From an uncultured Microthrixaceae bacterium (lineage in GTDB: Bacteria > Actinomycetota > Acidimicrobiia > Acidimicrobiales > VFJN01), in contig CAWJWI010000004.1 of the NCBI GenBank assembly GCA_963846555.1, positions 1,534,142 to 1,598,141 of the forward strand: DNA of 64,000 nucleotides. Reading direction: 5' to 3'. Below are positions 29,398-39,164 of the stretch, piece after piece (positions within the stretch are counted from its first letter, which is position 1; each line of letters starts with the position of its first letter). The notes under the pieces are model-generated. The model was not told where the DNA came from and did not search any database. It worked only from the letters and a program-made list of their open reading frames with translations. A program made the position numbers and the translations under genes.

Positions 29398-32300
29398 TCA
29401 CGCCTTTGTGAGGGTCACCCGCACGGCGTGGTCGTCGATGGCCACGGCGTGCCCTTCGGGCTCGGCGTCGGTGACGGCCAGGTCGGTGGCCAGCACCTCG
29501 CCCGCGATCCAGGCCTGGTGGGCGGTGACGGCACTGCGTGACGGGCGCTGGACCGGCCAGCCGCACCACGATGCGGTCAGCGATGTCGAGTCCGATCTCC
29601 TTGCGGAGGTCGTTCAGGGCCCGCACCAGCTCGCGGGCGGTGCCCTCGGCCCGGAGCGTCGTCGGTCGAGCTCGAGGTCGAGGGCCACGGCCCAGCCGCC
29701 GTCCTCGGCCAGCGCGAAGGCCTCGTGGCGGGTGGCCCGCACCTCGACCTCGTCGGCCGTGAGCCGCTCGCCCGCCACCTCGATGGAGCCGTCGGCCTCG
29801 AGCTGGCGCTGGAGGGCCGACCCGTCGGCCGCGGCGAGCGCCTGCTTGACCTCGTTGACCCGCGGCCCGAGGCGGGGGCCGAGGGCGCGGAAGTTCGGGA
29901 TCACGGTCCAGGACAGCAGGCCCGACAGGGTGTCGACGTCCTCGAGCTCCTTCACGTTGAGCTCGGTGGCGATCTCGTCGAGCACGTCGGCGGCGAGGGC
30001 GGCACCCGGGTGGAGGAGCAGGGCCCGCGAGAGCGGCTGGCGCACCCGGACCTTGGCGTCGGTGCGGGCGGCGCGGCCGAGGGCGACCAGCCGGCGGGCC
30101 GACGCCATCGACGCGGCCAGCTCGTCGTCGCGCCAGCCGCCCGGCGTCGGGCCAGTCGGCCAGGTGCACCGACGTCGCTCGCCGGTGAGCGTGGTGTGCA
30201 GCTCGTCGGCCAGGAAGGGGCAGAACGGGGCGAGCAGCTCGGCCACGGTGCACCAGGCAGTGGTGGAGGGTGGCGTGGGCGGCGGGCTCGGAGGCCTTCC
30301 AGAACCGGGGCCGGCTGCGGCGGACGTACCAGTTCGACAGGTCGTCGATGAACCGGGCCAGCCGCGTGGCGCCGCCCAGGGCGTCGAAGCCCTCGAGCGC
30401 GTCGGTGACGCCGACGACGGTGTCGTCGAGCTCGGAGAGGATCCAGCGGTCGAGCACGTGCGTCGGGCTCGACGCGGTCGAGCCGTCGGGCGTCCAGCCG
30501 TCGAGGTCGGCGTAGGTGCCGTGGAAGGAGAAGACGTTCCACAGCGTGACGAGCGTCTGGCGGGTCGTCTCGCGGATGCCGTCCTCGGACACCCGGCGCG
30601 GCGTCCACGGCTGACCGGCGGAGAAGAAGTACCAGCGCAGGGCGTCGGCGCCGAAGGTCGAGAAGATGTGCCACGGGTCGATGACGTTGCCCTTCGACTT
30701 CGACATCTTGGCGCCGTGCTCGTCGACGATGTGCCCGAGGCAGACGACGTTGCGGTAGGGCGTCTCGCCGAACACGAGCGTGTTCACGGCGAGCAGCGAG
30801 TAGAACCAGCCGCGGGTCTGGTCGATGGCCTCGCAGATGAAGTCGGCCGGGAAGGCGCGCCTCGAAGCTGCCGTCGTCGGCGAACGGGTGGTGGTGCTGG
30901 GCCGACGGCATCGAGCCGGAGTCGAACCAGGCGTCGAGCACGGGGGCCAGTCGCCGGGCCGTGCCCGCCGCAGCCGGCACACGGCACGGTGATGTCGTCG
31001 ACGTAGGGGCGATGCAGGTCGAGGTCGGTGAGGTCTCGGCCGGCGAGCGTCGGACAGCTCGGCCACGGAGCCGATGCAGGTGTCGACCTGGCAGTCGCCG
31101 CAGCGCCAGATCGGCAGCGGAGTGCCCCAGTAGCGGTCGCGGGAGAGGGCCCAGTCGATGTTGCCCTCGAGCCACTTGCCGAAGCGGCCGTGCTTGATGT
31201 GCTCGGGGTGCCAGCCGATGCGCTCGTTCTGGGCGCAGCAGCTCGTCGCGCCGCTCTGACGTGCGGGCGAACCACGAGGTCTTGGCCCAGTAGATGAGGG
31301 GCGTGCCGCACCGCCAGCAGTGGGGGTAGGAGTGCTCGTAGGCCTCCTCGGCCACGAGCAGGCCGCGCGCGTCGAGGTCGTCGATGATGTCGCGGTCGGC
31401 GTCCTTCACGAACCGCCCGCTGGAACGGCGGCACCCGGGCGTCGAACGCGCCGTCGGCGCCCGACCGGGTTCAGCGTCGGCAGGCCCTCGGCCCGACCCA
31501 CGGCTGCGTCCTCCTCGCCGAAGGCCGGTGCGATGTGGACGATCCCGGAGCCGTCGCCGTCGGTGACGTAGTCCGCGGCGACGACCCGCCACGGTGCGCC
31601 TTCCCCCGCCTCGAGGACGTGGAACGGACGGTCGTAGTGCCAGCCCACCAGGTCGGTGCCCGTCCAGGAGGCGATGGCGGGCAGCCGTCGGGGTAGCGCC
31701 GGGCGGCGGCGGCGGCGCCCAGGACGAGGTCGGCCCACCGTCGGGGTCCGCGATCTGGACGTAGGCGAGCTCGGGCCCGACGGCGGCGGCCACGTTGGAG
31801 ATGAGCGTCCACGGTGTCGTCGTCCACACGAGCAGGTCGGCGCCGGCGGCGGGTCCGGTGGTGAGCGGGAAGCGGACGTAGATCGAGGGGTCGACGACGT
31901 CCTTGTAGCCCTGGGCCACCTCGTGGGAGGACAGGGCGGTGCCGCACCGGGCGCAGTACGGGCGTCACCTGGTGGCCCTCGTAGAGCAGGTCGTGGTCCC
32001 AGAGCTGCTTGACCAGCCACCAGACGGACTCGATGTACTCGTTGGTGAGGGTCCAGTAGGCGTCGGCCGTGTCGATCCACACGCCTGAGCGGGTGGTGAG
32101 GGCGGACCAGTCCTCCACGTAGCGCTGCACCGACGAGCGGCAGCGGTCGTTGAACGCCTCGATGCCGTAGGCCTCGATCTCGCCCTTGGTGGCCAGGCCC
32201 AGCTCCTTCTCGACCTCGAGCTCGACCGGGAGGCCGTGGCAGTCCCACCCTCCCTTGCGGGGCACGTCGTGGCCCCGCATGGTCTGGAAGCGGGGGTAGA

Positions 32301-32502
32301 GGTCCTTGAAGGCACGGGCCCACACGTGGTGGAGGCCGGGCTTGCCGTTGGCGGTGGGCGGCCCCTCGTAGAAGATCCAGGGCTCGGCGCCCTTCCGGGA
32401 CCGCTGCACGGCCTCGATGACGTCGCGGTCGCGCCAGCGATCGAGCACGCGCTCCTCGAGCGCGACGAGGTCGAGGGAGGGATCGACGGGGCCGAACGGC
32501 AT
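29398..32502 (-). CDS. ileS: Isoleucine--tRNA ligase, type 2 (many apparent indels)
   Basis: EGPPTANGKPGLHH, GWDCHGLPVE, WTTTPWTL, GSGIVHIAP, HSYPHCWRC, WFDSGSMP, EAIDQTRGWFY, KMSKS, NWYVRRSR, VRQPL. Confidence 0.95.
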
Positions 32503-32636
32503 CTGGACAGGCTACGGCACCGCCCCATGGACCCCGACAGCCGGTTGGGCCCAGAAGGTTGCCGTTCGGGGGACGCATGCCTAGAATGCCGCACCCTTCG
32601 CGGGGATCCCGCAGGGTCGAGAGGACGACAGAGCAC

Positions 32637-33308
32637 ATGGCACCCACGACCAAGGCGGCCTCCAAGGCCACCAAGGCCCCGGCCAAGACGGCGGCGAAGA
32701 AGGCTTCGAGCGCGGCCGCCGCCGCCAAGAAGCCCGCGGCCAAGGCGGCCACGAAGAAGGCCGCACCGGCCAAGGCGGCCAAGGCGGCCAAGGCGCCGGC
32801 CAAGGCCCCGGCCAAGAAGGCCCCCGCGAAGGCGGAGGTCAAGGCGGCCGCGCCGCCCCGCCGGCGGACGATCCCGGCCCTGGCCAAGCGCAGCGCGGCG
32901 GACGAGAACCGCAAGCCGCCGGCCAAGCGGAAGGGCCCGCTCGACAAGTTCCTCCTGGGTCAGCTCGAGACGCTGAAGGAGGAGCGCACCACCTACACCC
33001 GGCAGGCCGCCTCCCTGAAGGCCGAGGCCGACCTGCTCGTGTTCGAGCGGGAGCCCGGCGACGTGCAGTTCGACGAGGAGTCCGGCGAGGGCGACACGAT
33101 CGCCGTCGAGCGCGAGCGCGACCTCACCCTCAGCGCCCAGGCCAGCGCGGCTGTCGAGGAGATCGACCGGGCCATCGCCAAGATCGAGGACGGCACCTAC
33201 GGGGTGTGCGAGCAGTGCTACGGCACGATCCCCAAGGAGCGGCTGAAGGCCCTTCCGTTCGCGTCGCTGTGCGTGCAGTGCAAGAGCGCCGGGTTCTCGC
33301 GTCGTTGA
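32637..33308 (+). CDS. TraR/DksA C4 zinc-finger protein with an N-terminal Lys/Ala-rich extension
   Basis: EIDRAIAKIEDGTYGVCEQC...IPKERLKALPFASLCVQC; ileS-dksA-lspA synteny. Confidence 0.88.
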   Translation: MAPTTKAASKATKAPAKTAAKKASSAAAAAKKPAAKAATKKAAPAKAAKAAKAPAKAPAKKAPAKAEVKAAAPPRRRTIPALAKRSAADENRKPPAKRKGPLDKFLLGQLETLKEERTTYTRQAASLKAEADLLVFEREPGDVQFDEESGEGDTIAVERERDLTLSAQASAAVEEIDRAIAKIEDGTYGVCEQCYGTIPKERLKALPFASLCVQCKSAGFSRR

Positions 33309-33309
33309 G

Positions 33310-33798
33310 GTGACCGACAGCGAGACGGCGAAGGCGGCCGGCCGCCACCGGGCCGCCTTCGCAGGGGTTGCTGCCGTGGTGGTCGCGCTCGACCAGGCGA
33401 CCAAGCACTGGGCCCTCCAGGCTCTCGCCGACGGCCCCATCGACCTCGTCGGATCCCTCCGTCTCAAGCTCACCTTCAACGACGGCGCAGCCTTCAGCGT
33501 CGGCGGTGGGCGCACGACTCTCATCGCCGTAGCCGCCCTCGTCGTGTCAGTGGTCCTCGTGGGGCTCGGCATGAGGGCCGAGAAGCGCTTGTGGGCCCTC
33601 GGGCTCGGGGTCGTCCTAGGCGGCGCTCTGGGCAACCTCGCGGACCGGGCCTTCCGGGCCGGCGGGGGCGTTCTGGGCGGCCACGTCGTCGACTTCGTGG
33701 ACGTGGGCTGGTGGCCCGTGTTCAACGTGGCGGATGCCGCCCTCTGGGTCGGGATCGGCCTGCTGCTCCTGTCATCGTGGCGGGAGCCGGCCGCATGA
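33310..33798 (+). CDS. lspA: Lipoprotein signal peptidase II
   Basis: DQATK, NDGAAFS, GGALGNLADR, VVDF, FNVAD. Confidence 0.95.
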   Translation: MTDSETAKAAGRHRAAFAGVAAVVVALDQATKHWALQALADGPIDLVGSLRLKLTFNDGAAFSVGGGRTTLIAVAALVVSVVLVGLGMRAEKRLWALGLGVVLGGALGNLADRAFRAGGGVLGGHVVDFVDVGWWPVFNVADAALWVGIGLLLLSSWREPAA

Positions 33799-34716
33799 GG
33801 ATCGTCGAGGTCATCCCCGAGGGCCTGGCCGGCGAGCGCGTCGACCGCGTCGTGGCGATGCTCAGCAGCTGCAGCCGGGCCGAGGCGGTCGAGCTGATCG
33901 AGGCCGGCGAGGTGCTCGTCGGCGGCGCCCCTGTGCCCAGCCGGTCGGCCAAGGTGAGGCTCGGCGACGAGATCCAGATCGAGGTGCCCGACCGAGAGGC
34001 GCTCGCTCGGCTCGTGCCCGAGCCCGACGTGGAGCTGCCCGTCGTCCACGAGGACGAGCATCTCCTCGTCATCGACAAGCCCGAGGGCCTCGTCGTCCAC
34101 CCCGGCGCGGGTCAGCGCACCGGAACCCTCGTCCACGGTCTCCTGGCTCGCTACCCCGAGGTCGCGGGGCATCGGACCGGACCCGAGCCGGCCAGGCATC
34201 GTCCACCGCCTCGACAAGGGCACCTCGGGCCTGCTCCTCGTGGCTCGCACACAGGTGGCCTACGAGGCACTGGTCGGTGCTCTGGCCTCGCGGACGGTGC
34301 ACCGGCGCTACCGGGCGCTGGTCTGGGGGCACCTGACCGCAGCCACAGGTCTCATCGACGCTCCGATCGGCCGGTCGCCCCGCGAGCCAACCCGCATGGC
34401 CATCGCCGTGCGGGGCAAGGAGGCCCGCACCCGCTACGAGGTGCTCGCCACCTATGCCGACCCCGTCGAGGTCACGCAGCTGGCGTGCACGCTGGAGACC
34501 GGGCGCACCCACCAGATCCGCGTCCACCTGCGCTCCATCGGCCACCCCGTGGTGGGCGACGTGCGCTACGACGGGGCCCGCCAGTCGTTGCCGATGAGCC
34601 GCCCCTTCCTGCACGCCGAGCTGCTCGAGCTGGACCACCCGGTCACCGAGGAGGCGCTCCGCTTCGAGTCGTCCCTCCCGGCCGACCTCAGGGCCGTGCT
34701 GGAGACGCTGGCCTGA
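33795..34716 (+). CDS. RluA/RluD family 23S rRNA pseudouridine synthase (1 apparent indel)
   Basis: S4 domain (GERVDR), DKPEGLVVHPG, GIVHRLDKGTSG, LETGRTHQIRVHL, HPVVGD, LHA. Confidence 0.92.
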
Positions 34717-34738
34717 GCGGTCGCTAGCGTCGGGAGCC

Positions 34739-35446
34739 ATGCCCGACCTCGAGACCTTCCCGGAGGACTGGGAGCGCGGCCTTGCCGTCGTAGCCCACCC
34801 CGACGACATGGAGTACGGCGCCGCGGCTGCGGTCGCCCGTTGGACCGGGCAGGGCAAGCGCATCGCCTACGTGCTCGTCTCCGACGGGGAGGCGGGCATC
34901 CAGTCCATGGCGCCCGACGACGTGCGCCCGCTCCGGCAGGCCGAGCAGCGGGCCAGCTGTGAGGTGGTCGGGGTCACCGACGTGGAGTTCCTCGGCCATC
35001 CCGACGGGCTGATCATCGAGTCGCGCGAGCTCCGAGCCGACCTCGCGGCGGCGATCAGGCGCCACCGACCCGAGGTGGTGCTGTCGATCAACTTCCGGGA
35101 CTCCTGGGGCGGGCCGAGCTGGAACCACGCCGACCACCGAGCGGTGGGCCGGGCCCTCCTGGACGCCGTGCGCGACGCCGGCAACCCCTGGATCTTCACG
35201 GACCGAGGCCCGGCGTGGGACGGATGCCGGTTCGTCGCCTTCAGCGGCAGCCCTCAGCCCACGCACGCCGTCGACACCGCCGACACCTTCGAGCTCGGCG
35301 TGCGCTCGCTGGAGGCCCACCGGACCTACCTCGACAACCTGGGCGGTGACATGGCCGAGCCGGCGGAGTTCCTGCGGGGTGCAGCCGAGTCGGCGGGTCG
35401 GGCCCTCGGCGTGCCGCTGGCGGCCGCCTTCGAGCTCGTGGGCTGA
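34739..35446 (+). CDS. PIG-L/LmbE family deacetylase
   Basis: VAHPDDMEYG, SDGEAG, NHADH. Confidence 0.9.
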   Translation: MPDLETFPEDWERGLAVVAHPDDMEYGAAAAVARWTGQGKRIAYVLVSDGEAGIQSMAPDDVRPLRQAEQRASCEVVGVTDVEFLGHPDGLIIESRELRADLAAAIRRHRPEVVLSINFRDSWGGPSWNHADHRAVGRALLDAVRDAGNPWIFTDRGPAWDGCRFVAFSGSPQPTHAVDTADTFELGVRSLEAHRTYLDNLGGDMAEPAEFLRGAAESAGRALGVPLAAAFELVG

Positions 35447-35447
35447 T

Positions 35448-35895
35448 CTAGACGGTGGGCTCGGGCCAGTCGCTGCTGGCCCCGGGACATGGCCGCGATG
35501 TCGGCCAGCGTGAAGCTGTCGAGGTGGACCCGGATCTGGCTGCTGATCCCGGCCCAGACGGCGAGGAGCACGCACTGGCCCTCGTGGTCGCAGGCCCCGT
35601 CCTCGTGGGGCTCGCCGAAGTCGCCCACCGCTATCGGGCCGTCGACAGCCGAGACGATCTCGCCCAAGGTGATCTGAGCCGGATCCCGGGCGAGGGTGTA
35701 CCCGCCGCCCACGCCCCGCTTGGAGCGGACGATGCCCGCCCCCTTCAAGGCCAGGAGGATCTGCTCCAAGTAGGGCTGGGGGAGCGCCGTGCGCTCGGCG
35801 ATGTCGCGCACCGAGGTGGGCCCGGACTCCTCGGCGTGGAGGGCCAGCGAGAGCAGGGCCCGACTCGCGTAGTCACCCCTGGTCGAGACCTTCAC
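35448..35895 (-). CDS. Rrf2 family transcriptional regulator (probable indel near the C-terminus)
   Basis: KVSTRGDYASRALL, YLEQILLALKGAGIVRSKRGVGGGYTLAR, AVDG; TACAGT -10-like hexamer before the GTG. Confidence 0.9.
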
Positions 35896-35994
35896 GGGGC
35901 GCACTGTACGGCTGCGGGTTCGAGCGGGCGAGATGGGGCCGTCGGGCTCATTCCAGCCGACCCTGCAGGACCGATACGGTGCAGGGAGCTCACC

Positions 35995-37102
35995 ATGTCC
36001 GACGAACCCCTGCTCCCTGACTACGAAGGAGCGTGCATCACGAACGTGGTGCCCGCCCTCCTCCACCTCGGAGCACCTGCGCCGTCCTGGCTGCCGGCGT
36101 TCGCGTCAGACGCCGAGCGGGTCGTGCTGCTGGTGATCGACGGGCTGGGCTGGAACCAGCTGGCCAGCCGCCGCCGTCTCGCTCCCACCCTGGCCGGTCT
36201 CGATGGAGGCGCGATCACCACCGTGGCGCCCTCGACCACAGCCACCGCGCTCGACGTCGATCAGCACGGGCCTGCCGCCGGGCGAGCACGGGGTGATGGG
36301 CTACCGGATCGCCGTGCACGGTGAGGTGCTCAACGTCCTGCGCTGGACCACCGCCTCGGGTGACGCCCGCCAGACCATCCCGCCCCAGAAGCTCCAGATG
36401 CAGGCTGTGTTCGGAGGCCAGCGTCCGCCCGTCGTGACGCGAGCCGAGTTCGAGCGCACCGGCTTCACGATGGCCCACCTCGACGAGACCCGGTTCACGG
36501 GGTATCGCACCCTGGGCACGCTGGCTGCGGAGGTGGTGCGCCTGGCCCGGGCCGGCGAGCCGTTCGTGTACGCCTACTACGAGGGCCTCGACAAGGTGTC
36601 GCACGAGTACGGCCTCGGTGCCCACTACGACGAGGAGCTGCGCTGGATCGACCATCTCGTGGCCACGCTCCTCGACCGGCTCCCTGCGGGCACCGTGCTC
36701 GTCGTCACCGCCGACCACGGCCAGGTCGAGGTGCCCCAGAGCGATGTGGTGGAGCTTCCCGGGGACGTCCAGGCCCACGTGGCCAGCCAGTCGGGCGAGG
36801 GTCGCTTCCGATGGCTTCACGCCCGCCCCGGCCGGGCCGGCGCCCTGCTCGAAGCAGCCCGTGGCGCCCTGGGCGACCACGCCTGGGTCCGCACCCGTGA
36901 GGAGGCCATCGCCGAGGGCTGGTACGGCCCGATCGTCACCGAGGCCGCGGCCGGCCGGCTGGGCGACGTCCTGCTCGCCGCGAAGGGGTCCGTCGCCTTC
37001 TTCGACCCGAACGACACCGGTCCCTATGTGCTCGTCGGCCGGCACGGCTCGCTGACCGAGGACGAGATGCTCGTGCCTCTCCTCGCCGGGGTGGCCGGCT
37101 AG
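35995..37102 (+). CDS. Alkaline phosphatase superfamily / nucleotide pyrophosphatase-phosphodiesterase (1 apparent indel)
   Basis: VIDGLG, PSTTATAL, TGLPPGEHG, LDKVSH, TADHG, GRHGSLT. Confidence 0.88.
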
Positions 37103-37126
37103 CGCTCCGCCGGTAGGTTGTCGATC

Positions 37127-37637
37127 ATGTCTGATCCGGCCCCTGACGTAGATCCGCAGGTCCTCGTGCCCTCCGTGGTGCCCTCCGAGGAGGAGGCGGC
37201 TCAGGAGTCCGTCGAGTCGCCCGGCAAGGTCATGCGCATCGGGTCGATGATCAAGCAGCTCCTCGAAGAGGTGCGCCAGTCCGAGCTCGACGAGCCCAGC
37301 CGCGAGCGCCTGCGAGAGATCTACGAGACGTCGATCTCCGAGCTGTCGTCAGCCCTGTCACCCGACCTGCAGGACGAGCTGAAGCGCCTGGCGCATCCCG
37401 TTCGAGGACGGCACCGTCCCGTCCGGGCCCGAGCTGCGCATCGCCAAGGCCCAGCTCGTGGGCTGGCTCGAGGGGCTCTTCCACGGCATCCAGGCCACGC
37501 TGTTCGCTCAGCAGATGGCCGCCCGCCAGCAGCTCGAGCAGATGCAGCGTGGGCTGCCGCCGGGAGCGGCCATGGGCCCTCAGGGCGCAGCTCCGCCGCA
37601 GGAGGGCGAAGACGCCCGCCCGGGCACCTACCTCTAG
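37127..37637 (+). CDS. bpa: Bacterial proteasome activator (Bpa/PafE; 1 apparent indel)
   Basis: PGKVMRIGSMIKQLLEEVR, ELRIAKAQLVGWLEGLFHGIQ in the shifted frame, C-terminal GTYL resembling the GQYL proteasome-docking motif. Confidence 0.9.
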
Positions 37638-37640
37638 GTC

Positions 37641-38115
37641 CTAGGGGCCTACGAGCAGCGAGCCGGCGATGTCGTAGCGGCGGCCGCTGTCGAGGCGGAG
37701 CTCGAAGGTGTCCTCGGCCGTGCCGTGGGCTGGGATCGCACCGATGTCGATCGGGATCGAGGTGCCGCCGAGCTGCAGCTGGACCGAGCCCCGCCAGCCG
37801 AACTGGCTGTTGTTGGTGATGACGAGGGTGACGTCGGTTCGGTTCTCGACCCGGCTTCCCATGACGAGGTCGAGGACGAGACCGCCGCAGACCTCGTCGG
37901 TGACGACGTCGCCGTCGGGCTCGCGCTCGATCACGGTCGAGGACGAGATGGTGGGCGGACCGTCGGTGGGCACGTCGACGCTGAAGGGCGTGGCGCTGCG
38001 GTCGCGGCACGTGAGGATGTGCGTGAGCCCGCGGAGCGACGAGGTGCCGATCGGGATGAGGAGCACGGCCAAGCAGGCCGATGAGCGCGACCTGGGCTCG
38101 CAGGGCCGACGGCAT
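37641..38115 (-). CDS. Hypothetical secreted or membrane-anchored beta-rich protein (indel near the start)
   Basis: Hydrophobic N-terminus followed by a beta-strand-like domain with 2 Cys; TACAAT 6 nt before ATG 38115. Confidence 0.6.
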
Positions 38116-38167
38116 GGGGCCATTGTAAACCCGTTCCTGCTCGTCAGCCGGTGGTTACGCTGCGGCC

Positions 38168-39022
38168 GTGGGCGTCACGTTCTCAGACCGGCTGTTCGCA
38201 GCTCGGCTACACCAGGGCTCGACGGCTGCTGGTGGTCACCGGGCTGGCCGTGCTCACCGTGGTCGTCCTCGTCATGTACGCGCGCCGCGTCGACGGCATC
38301 GAGGTGGTGGCCACGATCTTGTTCGTGCCCATCTTCCTGGCCTTCGTGTTCCGCGGCGTGCTCGGCGGGGTCATCGCCGCGGCGGCGGCCGTGGGCGTCT
38401 ACGCCGCCATGCGAGACCCGGCCATCGATGCCGTGGGCGTGGGCGAGTTCACCGGGCTCATCGCATCCCGCGCTGCGGCCTACCTCATCTTCGGCGCCGT
38501 CGGCGGCTGGTCGACGCAGGTGCTCGAGGGGTCGCTCACCAAGCTCGAGCTGTACGACGAGATCGACGACGAGACCGGCCTCTTCAACGCCCGCCACCTC
38601 CTCAACCAGACCGATCTGGAGACGGCGCGGGCTCGCCGCTACCAGACGCTCTTCTCCGTCGTGACCATCGATCTGCCCGCAGCGCCGTTCGCGGCGCTCA
38701 AGGGGCGCGAGCGGCGAGCAGTGCTTCGCGACCTGGGCCGCCTCGTGCGGGAGGGGGTGCGCAACGTCGACCACGTGGTGCACGCCCGAGACGGCGAGCG
38801 CGCCACCGTTTGGCAGCGATCCTGCCCGAGACGGCCCACGAAGGCGCCGAGATCTTCCGGGCCCGCTTCGACGAGCGGGTCCTCGCCTACCTCGCTGACC
38901 GCGGCGTGGCCATCGACCCCGACCAGGTGCCGGCCCAGGCCCTCACCTTCCCGGGCGACGACGAGGCGCTGGCCCAGGTCCGGGTCGACTTCGAGCGCAT
39001 CGACGCCGCCTCCCACCGCTGA
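38168..39022 (+). CDS. Membrane protein with a degenerate GGDEF-like domain (2 apparent indels)
   Basis: Four TM helices, then IDDETGLFNAR...RARRYQTLFSVVTIDL and ILPET; no GG(D/E)EF motif. Confidence 0.7.
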   Translation: MGVTFSDRLFAARLHQGSTAAGGHRAGRAHRGRPRHVRAPRRRHRGGGHDLVRAHLPGLRVPRRARRGHRRGGGRGRLRRHARPGHRCRGRGRVHRAHRIPRCGLPHLRRRRRLVDAGARGVAHQARAVRRDRRRDRPLQRPPPPQPDRSGDGAGSPLPDALLRRDHRSARSAVRGAQGARAASSASRPGPPRAGGGAQRRPRGARPRRRARHRLAAILPETAHEGAEIFRARFDERVLAYLADRGVAIDPDQVPAQALTFPGDDEALAQVRVDFERIDAASHR

Positions 39023-39070
39023 CGGACCGGCGGCCGGGAGTGCCGGCCCGTGGCCGGGCCAGAGCGGTGG

Positions 39071-39144
39071 TGCTACCGTCGAATTCACACCGATGTAGTT
39101 CTCCACAGCCTGTGGATGACAGCCTGTGGACAGCCTGTGGACGA
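39071..39144 (+). promoter_or_regulatory. dnaE promoter followed by four DnaA-box-like 9-mers
   Basis: Extended -10 TGCTACCGT (39071-39079); TTCTCCACA 39099-39107, TGTGGATGA 39111-39119, TGTGGACAG 39125-39133, TGTGGACGA 39136-39144. Confidence 0.7.
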
Positions 39145-39164
39145 CGAGGGGAGGTGTGCCCGGC

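Noticed and set aside
39099-39144. DnaA-box cluster as oriC
   Set aside because: There are only four boxes in a roughly 140-bp gap, no AT-rich unwinding element, and no dnaA or dnaN nearby.
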